This document shows, piece by piece, positions 55,380 through 64,000 of a DNA stretch of 64,000 bases (its first letter is position 1; each line of letters starts with the position of its first letter). Source of the stretch: Octopus vulgaris (Eukaryota). The translations under genes were made by a program, and so were the position numbers. The stretch is from assembly GCA_951406725.2 (NCBI GenBank), contig OX597831.1, positions 1,922,001-1,986,000 on the forward strand, written 5' to 3'. The notes below the pieces were generated by a model. It made no database searches, was not told the DNA's origin, and worked only from the letters and a program-made list of their open reading frames with translations.

Positions 55380-57310
55380 GCACACATACAAAGGTCATCA
55401 GCATATAGCAGTTCCCATGGGCACCCAGTTTTGAATTCCTCTGTATGGCCTGGGGGGCTATAATGAATAAGAGTGGGCTGAGAACTGAGTCCTGGTGAAC
55501 CCTTACCTGTACGCTAAATTCATCACTGTATTCATGGCCAATTCTCACCTTACTGACAGCACCACTGTACATGGCTTGTACAGCTCTAACAAGCCACTCC
55601 TCTACTCCTTACTTACTTAGAGACCGCCATATACCAGAATGGGGAACTCTGTTGAAAGCTTTCTCCAGGTCAATGAAGGCTGACTACAATGGCTTACTTT
55701 TGGCCAAGTACTTTTTCTGCAGCTGTTTCACTAGAAAGATGGCATCTGTGGTAATTTTCCCAGGTACAAAACCAAACTGCATCTCATCTAGTTTAATTCT
55801 ATTTCTTATCAGTTGAGTTATAACCATCTCAGTAATTTTCATGATTTGGTCTAGCAATTTGATACCTCTGTAATTATTTCTATCTAAGGTATCACATTTA
55901 CCCTTGTAGCAGCTAACTATAATACTACTACACCAGTCATTGGAGATGGTGTCTTCCTGAATAACCTGATTAACTATACGGTTGACTAAGCTTTATCCTA
56001 CACCACTGGAAATCATCTCGACAGTGATTCCTGATGGCCCAGGGGATTTCCCTTTCTTCATGTCCTTAATTGCCTTATCTGTTATACGGCTCTCAACTCT
56101 GATGGCTGGTCCCTCTATTGGTTTGATATTTCGTAGACTCTCTTTCTCCCATTCATTTTCCACATTTAGTAAACTTTCATAGTGACACTTCCATGCATCT
56201 TTCTTCTCAGAGTCACTAAGTGAAAGCATACCATTATAGATTTGCACACATTTCTCACCTACCACATCTATATTTTCTCTGATACATTACTTTGCAGTCC
56301 TGAACACCTCATGCCCCTGATCCTCACACTGTAGAACATTTGCAGATCTCTTACCTTCAGCTACTCCTTTTGCTATGTACACCTGATGCCTGGCTGTCCC
56401 ATTGGCTACCTGATATAATTCTCTGCTTCCACCTTTTCGCCAATCTTTCCAGCCCTGTCTTTTAGCTTTTATAGCACTGTCAACCTCCTTGCTCCACCAC
56501 CATGTCACCCTCGGTCTACCTGGACTCTGCACCAACCACAGATTTCGTTAATAGCCCTCAGTAGATTGTCCTGCTGGAACTTCCTATTGTCCTCTAAGCT
56601 ATATGCCCTCAACTCTTCCTCTCTTTCATCAGAAGCTTCCATTAGTAAAGTGGAGGCGCAATGGCCCAGTGGTTAGGGCAGCAGACTCGCGGTCGTAGGA
56701 TCGCGGTTTTGATTCCCAGACTGGGTGTTGTGAGTGTTTATTGAGCGAAAACACCTAAAGCACCACGAGGCTCCGGCAGGGATGGTGGTGATCCCTGCTG
56801 TACTCTTTCACCACAACTTTCTCTCACTCTTACTTCCTGTTTCTGTTGTACCTGTATTTCAAAGGGCCGGCCTTGTCACTCTCTGTGTCACGCTGAATAT
56901 CCCCGAGAACTACGTTAAGGGTACACATGTCTGTGGAGTGCTCAGCCACTTACACGTTAATTTCACGAGCAGGCTGTTCCGTTGATCGGATCAACCGGCA
57001 CCCTCGTCGTCGTAACCGACGGAGTGCTTCCACCACCATTAGTAAATCTCTAAATTTTTGTCTGTTTTCTGGGTCACTGAGCTTCCATAGTCTTCTTTTC
57101 TAGATTGGTTTATTTCTCTGAGTCTTTCTAGTTCTAATTCTGAAGTCACTAACTAGTAACCTATGTTGGGTTGTACACTTTTCACCTGGGAAAGACTTTG
57201 CATCCATCTATCTTGTTACCTGGTGAGGAGATAGTCAATCTGGCTTATGTGCTCACCAGACTGATAAGTGATTAGGTGGCTGGCTGGTTTTTTGAAGTCA
57301 GTGTTGCAGA
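55380..57310 (-). mobile_element. RTE-clade LINE ORF2 relic (frameshifted RT)
   Basis: WWWSKEVDSAIKAKR, DAWKCHYESLLNVENEW, MKKGKSPGPSGI, DLEKAF.RVP, HQDSVLSPLLFII, LYADD-like. Confidence 0.88.
56650..57035 (+). mobile_element. SINE family C head with a third tail type, 11-bp TSD ccattagtaaa, nested in an RTE LINE
   Basis: TSD at 56639-56649 and 57036-57046; the tail is also seen at ~48785-48985(-). Confidence 0.9.
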
Positions 57311-57320
57311 TCATAGGATC

Positions 57321-57354
<34 letters not shown>

Positions 57355-58371
57355 ACACACATATGTATGCATATATGTATATGTACACATAGATATGTGT
57401 ATGCATATATATTTCTACCTAGTAGGGTGTCTAGAAAAAAGGGTATTACTTATTAGAATGATTTGTAAAAGGGAGATTTGTTTTGCTTAGATGAACTTCC
57501 CAAAAAGTTCACTTGAGTTAAACTAAGTGGAACAAATAGCCTACTATAATGAACCATTTAAAATTAAAGACAAATAATAATAATTATTATCATATATATA
57601 TATATATATATATATATCATCATCATCATCATTCAACGTCTGACTTCCATGCTGGCATGGATGGGACTGTTTTTCCTAACACCAACCACTCAGCAGGGTG
57701 GACTTAGTGCTTTTTATATGGCACAAGCACAGGTGAGGTCAGTTTTGGCAAGGTTTTTACAGCTGGATGCCTTTCCAAACACCAACCATTTTACAGTGTG
57801 GGGAGGGGGCATTGGAGGAAGTGATCTTGTGTCAGATGATGAAAGATTATAGTGAGACTGAAACAGGTGTCTTGCTGTAGAGAAGGTACAAAGTTACCTG
57901 GTCAGAGAGAGATAGAGAGATCAGGAATGAAGACAGAAACAGGTGTGCTGCTGTAAAGGAGATACGTGGTTACCCAACTTGCAGGAAGTGCAAGAGAAGG
58001 AGAGAGAGAGAGTGGGAGACAGCAGGATAGAGATGGTGGCAAAGTTCTGGGTACTTACAAGGGACAGGAATCAGAATATAAATGGGATGGTTGAGTAAAG
58101 GAAGAGAGAGATATAGATGGTGGCAAGTGCCAGGGCATATCCTTGAGGCTCAAGCATCATAATATAAGTGGCAGGATATTGTGAAAGAAGCATGATTAGA
58201 GAGTGCAGAGTGGGGGGAAGTGAGTGGTGAAAACCTAGGTATATATAGAGTGGTAGCAGGGGCCACTAGATAACAGGGTAGAGAGAAACAGGTCAGGGGC
58301 TATGCAGTGGCAGAGAACTCAGAACTATGTGACTAAGAAGCAAACTTCTTGATCACATACACACAAATATG

Positions 58372-58572
58372 ATGAAGTGCTGAAAAGTTCCTGGCTTTGG
58401 GTAAAAGATAATATAGGAGGATCAGTATATTTTTTTATCCACCTCTTAGATTCACACACTTATTGTAGCGGTCCTTCAGTTTTTCTAAACCCTGTAAAAT
58501 AACTCAGAAGTCTGAGCCTCCAACCAGGCCTTTTGTGATACCCTTAAAGCCAGGAATTTTTCAATACCCCTG
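58372..58572. mobile_element. Mariner-type MITE
   Basis: tgaaaagttcctggcttt / aaagccaggaatttttca inverted ends. Confidence 0.65.
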
Positions 58573-59019
58573 CACACATATAGTTAATTCAAGTAGACAA
58601 TCCAAATAAACAGACAAGAAGAGGACATGCACAAAGAATGTATTATTAGAATGTAGAGTAGTAATAGTCAATATATTTGTTGGTCATGGCCGGCCAAGTT
58701 GCCATTGATTTTGCACCATCAGACTCATTGAATGGAGGCACAAAAACTCTATAACTGGGGGTTGGAAAATAGTATTGGACAGTCAGGGTTGGGGAAAAAA
58801 ATCTCTGAAACAAAATTCTAGGCTTTGAAATTGCTTGGCTGAGAGAGCAAGGATCTTGAAAAGTTCACTTGACCGGGGCGGGGGGCTTCTTAAACTCCAA
58901 ATTTGAAATGTTTAGTTGGTGTTCCCATCAGAGGAAGTTCTAGTTGAAAACATGAAATTCCCCACATGGGATTAGCAAATGAAAAGCATGTTGGTGTTAA
59001 CCACTTTGGGACACAACTG

Positions 59020-59600
59020 GAACCAGTTAAAGGGAGATAACTCCATCTTGATCTGAAGGGGTCAAGCTAGCCAAAGTTGATGAGTTCAAGTATCTGGACT
59101 CCGTTTTTTTTTTACCTAATAGCAGACTGCTGCTAGGAATCAGAGCAAGACTTGATGCAGAAAAAAACAACCCCGAAGTCACTAATTACAGTATTGAAGA
59201 ACAATGCTCTCAGCAAAAACATCTGATTGAAATTCTAAAAAGCCTTGCTTTGCTTATAGCATTTTATGGGTTTGAAGTTTTGACCTTAAAGATGTCTGAT
59301 ACTGAATAACTAAAGGTATTTGACAGGTAAGTACTGTAGATCAGCTAGGTATCCCATAAAATGGATGATTCAGTCCTGAAGGAGATGGAAATGGAACAAA
59401 AGTTGGTGATGATTGTCAGACAATGAAACTTATAATATTTTGGCCACACTTTTAAGGCCTAGGACTCTGTTCCCACATCTTGGGGGAGGGGATTGAGTGG
59501 ATGTGGATAATGACAATAAAGATGATGATGGAACAATGCCACCAAGGGCTGGGTGTGAGGACCTTGGTAAAGTGCACAGCTGCAGTAAGATACCACAGTA
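59020..59600 (+). mobile_element. Highly decayed RTE-like LINE 3' fragment
   Basis: VDEFKYL and YFGH remnants. Confidence 0.5.
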
Positions 59601-60087
59601 TGTAATGAGTGGGGGCTGTATCTGAAGCCCTTAATCCTCAACCATAATGATAGATAAATTTATGTGTGTGTTTGAAGGTATATGGCCAAGTGGTTAGGCT
59701 TTTTGACTCATGATCATAATGTTGTGGGTTCAATTCCTAGGCTTGGTCAGCATGGTTCATCTTATGTTACTCCAGTCTACTTAGCTTTAGCTCCCTCCAG
59801 ATGTCATATCCTGGCTTTTCCACTAAGGCTATGAAGGCTTCTTTGTCTTCTTGAAACTATATTATGGACCTAAAACAATCAGTGAAAGCATGGGACATGT
59901 TAACAAGCCATACTTGCGTACAAATGATGGGTGACTGCACGTGTAGAATTTTGTAACTCCTATTAGCAAATGAAACACATGTAATGGTGAATAAAAAATA
60001 CCGAGGACATTTCCCTATCTCCTGTTTTGATATGAAATTACTCTACCAAATATTATTTTCCCCAACATCTACATTTTTAGGTGTAGC

Positions 60088-60470
60088 GTGGTTGTGTGGT
60101 AAGAAGCTTGCTTCCCAACCACATAGTTCTGGGTTCAGTCCCACTGCATGACATCTCGGGCAAGTGTCTTCTACTATAGCCTCGGGCCAACCAAAGCCTT
60201 GTGAGTGGATTTGGTAGACGGAAACTGAAAGAAGCCCATCGTATATATATATATTTATGTGTATGTGTGTGTTTGTCCCCCTGTCACTGCTTGACAACCA
60301 ATGCTGGTGTGTGTATGCCTCTGTAACTTAGCAGTTTGGCAAAACAGACTGATAGAATAAGTACTAGGCTTACAAAGAATAAGTCTTGGGTACAATTTCT
60401 TTGACTTAAACCCTTTAAGGCAATGCCCCAGCATGGCCGCAGACAAATGACTGAAACAAGGAAAAGAATA
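60088..60470 (+). mobile_element. SINE family A
   Basis: Consensus match. Confidence 0.85.
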
Positions 60471-61099
60471 CAATTTTGTAGACCTGGAATAAGCAGATAT
60501 GCTTCCAGAGGATACAGTTTGGATTATAATCCCCGCAGCCAGTTTAATCTGATGGATCGCCTATACAGCTAAGTGCAAAACCAGCCGTCATTCTCTGACC
60601 AGCCATAACAACCTTCTAAATACATACTAGATATGTGTATGTGTGTGTGCGTATGTACCCACTTTTCTCAACCCCTAGCGTAAAACCGACCCCCTACTCT
60701 CGGGGTAAGTAATCTTGCAAGTTGCATGATCTCAACCGGGCTGATGACACGAATAAAGCATTAGGTAGTCTGTAAGGTAATTGGCATTACGAAGTCATCC
60801 ATCTGTAGAAATCAGGCAAAAGCAAGCATAGGACCAAGATGCAGTTCCTGGACTCATCGAGTCTAAACTGTCCAACCCATGCCAGCTTAGAAAGAGGACG
60901 TTAAATGATGATGATGATACACACACACATACATACAGCCTATTCTGTGGTTTTGCTTTTGGCTGACTGCTCACGATAGAGTATATGTCTATTTACTCTA
61001 TCAACGTCTTGAGTTCTACATCGGATGCTTGCACCGTATAAAAACTATCTTTATACACACACACACATATATATATAGGAATTTATAAATGCGTGTGTT

Positions 61100-62800
61100 A
61101 TATTAGAGATTGTAAGCGCCAGTTTGGTGTGTGCTACGTAGGTAGAATATAAACGAACGTTGACACTTCGTACTATAAAAGTAAGTTATGCTGACAGCAA
61201 GTTACGAAGTTCTTCACTATCGGAATGAAAGAAGAGGGGGGGAAAGTTTCGTTAAACTGGCCAAGTAGAGTTTTGGCAAAGTAGACCAGCGGAAGTGATA
61301 TCATGTCGGTGCTATGTAAAGTGGGTTGGAAGACACACTGAGTGGGAGTCAGCGAGAGAGAAGGAGTGATAGCTACAGAGAAAGAGAGAGAGTAACAGTT
61401 TATACGTGCAATCTCGCTTTCTTTCTTTCTCTCTTTTCTCAATATATATGTATGTATGCAGGTATATATGTGTTTGTATATTTATGTGTGTGTGTGTTAT
61501 TCAACCAAGGAAACAGAAAAAGTATATCAAGAATGCACATGCATTTTTTTTCTTTTAATCCTTTCTTTCAAACACCCATACGTTGAAATCATATATATAT
61601 ATATATATATAAGAGGAGGCATGGAAAAAGTGGTACCAATAGAGTTCAGACAGTAAGAGACAGAGAGAAAAATAAAAAATAAACAGAAACTAAGATCTGA
61701 GTAGTAGAGAAAGAAAGAGAATAAAAGGGGGGCGAAGAGGAAGCGAGAAAGAAAAAGGTGTAGAAGAGATAGATAGATAGATAGATTGTAAAAGTGATAA
61801 TGACGTGAAAATTTAAGTATAGGAGTGTAAAATAAAAAATATAGTGTAGGAGTGTTAATAAATAGTTAGAGAAACAAATAGATAGATTGTAAAAAGCGAT
61901 AAAAAAAAAGAAAAGCAAGAACGAAGAAACACTGCTTTACATTTTCCTACAACAGAAAGAAATAGAATTATTTATATATATAGAGAGAGAAACAGAGAGA
62001 GATAGAAAGAAATACAGAGAGACAGACATACACTGAAATAAAGAGAGAGAAGAAAGGAGAAAAAGCAGTGAGGTACTTTCTGACGTTGACAAATATAGAG
62101 AGGTGGGAGGGAGGGAGAGAAAGAAAGAAAAAATTAGAGAGAGAACAAATGAATGGGAGCTGCAGAAGCAGTAAGGGAGAAGGCACGAAGTTGTCTCTGC
62201 CTTTCTCTCTCTCTCTCTCTCTCTCTCTTCCCTCTCTCACGTCGGCCGGTCTTCCGTAAGTTTAATTCTGATGTCAGCAACGGGTTAGTTTTACATTCAA
62301 CAGCATCTAGTGGATTTTTTTCACAGCAGTGAATATTTTTTCTGATCAACGGTAAGTACTGATAGAACTGATTAAATATATATATATAAACCCATCTATA
62401 GAATTGTAACCATCGTCTAAAATTGCTATTTAATGGTCTCAATTCCCGCCAAACTCTTAGAGACCCGCTAACTATATGTGTCTGAGACAGATATTTATCA
62501 GATATATAACATTGCCATTTATGTACATTGACCTTACGCTACTGGCACTTCGAGGTTTTGGAAGATTGTGATAGTTCTTGTTCTTTTAGATAATTGCTTT
62601 CGGTTTTAGATATCAGTTAGGATTTCTTTATTTTTTTGCTTTTTTTTACTTTTCATTCAATATTGGTATTCCATTTTTTCTTCGGGTTGGGTAATCCTTA
62701 ATATTTGATACTTAATCTAAACGAGTACGCATCAACAGGTTATGAATATATTCCGATGAATAAGCAACATGTTTTTTTTATTTTCTTCTTTTTCCCGCAA
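61100..62800 (+). promoter_or_regulatory. Possible promoter and non-coding first exon of the next gene
   Basis: CpG-richer, TE-poor region; ETS-like gcggaagtg ~61289; donor acg|gtaagt 62351/2; E2F-like ttcccgccaaa 62443-62453 and tttcccgc 62791-62798. Confidence 0.3.
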
Positions 62801-64000
62801 ACTTATGACCAGCGATTTAATTTTTCGAGAAGTATATACATATACTTTCTGTTACCAGTACAGGTGTGGGTACTTGTACTGTGACTGGTCTCGTAGTCAT
62901 GGTATGAGTAAGAAGGGTGTATGTACGCGTATATATGTATATAGATATATGTACACACACACACACCTCCACATATATAAACAAGGGGTGTGAACATTGA
63001 GAAAGAAGGTAGGAAACGAAGTTATTTCACACATCCACTCTGGGAAAAATCCTCTTATTTGTTAATTTGGGCTTAGTACCCGTTGTATTCTTCATATCTA
63101 TTCAGATGACCTGTATTTCTTCAAAAGAAAACGAAGGGACTTGTGCCTTATCTAAATAAACTCCCATTATTCGGTGTGTGGAAGCCAAATAGCCAAAATA
63201 AGAATTTATTGGAAAATAGTTAAATCACTGGGACGAATCAGAATAAATGAATAAATATTAGAAAATTCTGCGGAGTCGGAATCATACGTTTTTTATTTAA
63301 CCCCTATTTTTGTTTATGTGTATACGTTTTCGAATATGCTAAAATATTTTTTCTTTTTAACAAGAAATTGCTTTCAATAAAATATTTTTCTATTGATAAA
63401 ACCCAAAACATACAAAAAAAACCTCCCAAAAAACTACAAATTTCTGAAGCAATATGGTCCAAAAACATTTTCTGATAGCGACAGCTTTATTTGATGCCAT
63501 ATAAGTATATTCAGTACCTTGTCCTCTTGTGATCACTTCAGATTCCTCAATTATGATTGATGGTAATTAGAGGATTAAGGAATTTTATATGATATTCGAT
63601 GGTCGGAGTTTGGTAAGTCCAGGAATGGAAGGAACGTTTGATGTTTGACTTCTCGTTTGCTATGACTTCATATTCGGACAGAACAAACATTTGTTTATAT
63701 TTTGGAGGATTTGCGATAATTAAAGGGAAGTTGGGATGGGGGAAATGTTATTTTCGGTATTCTAGCATGAGTGAATACTAAAAACTCAGTATTCAGCGAT
63801 GCTACTGTGCTAATTAAGACATGGGGCACAATGCCAATATTCGTTAATAATGAAAATGAAGATAATATTAATTAGGCATGGTTGTTGCTTAGCCCCATGT
63901 CAAGCTTGATTTAGCAGGTCCATGATCAAAGATCAAAGGCGTTACAACCGTGACTATCTTGTCTATTTTTTCCTATGTGCAAGTAAATCCAAACCTCGTA

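Noticed and set aside
56650-56725. tRNA-like sequences (also 35293, 15040-15115, 11130-11205)
   Set aside because: They are SINE heads followed by SINE bodies and flanked by TSDs, not tRNA genes.

Overview
AT-rich eukaryotic genomic DNA dense in microsatellites and transposons. The SINE types and (TA)n/(CA)n/(CAT)n content suggest a coleoid cephalopod, probably Octopus (inference). The window holds one essentially complete multi-exon gene on the + strand, a NEK10 (NIMA-related kinase 10) orthologue. I reconstructed it by hand as 30 phase-consistent GT-AG coding exons from ATG 1261 to TAA 49622: 3495 nt, about 1164 aa, with an ARM-repeat N-terminus, a central kinase domain ([20 protein letters not shown]) and the conserved NEK10 C-terminus. 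Introns and flanks carry at least four SINE-like families, decayed LINEs (CR1, RTE, R4/Dong), a Penelope-like GIY-YIG relic, mariner, DD37D and hAT relics, many MITEs, Helitron-like elements and long fold-back palindromes. The most notable observations are a recent intragenic tandem duplication giving two intact copies of a frame-shifting 40-nt coding exon, the apparent loss of one ARM-region exon, a uORF just before the start codon, strong intronic dsRNA-forming structures next to exons, and SINEs with swapped tails. Almost all ORFs in the supplied track are repeat-derived artefacts.
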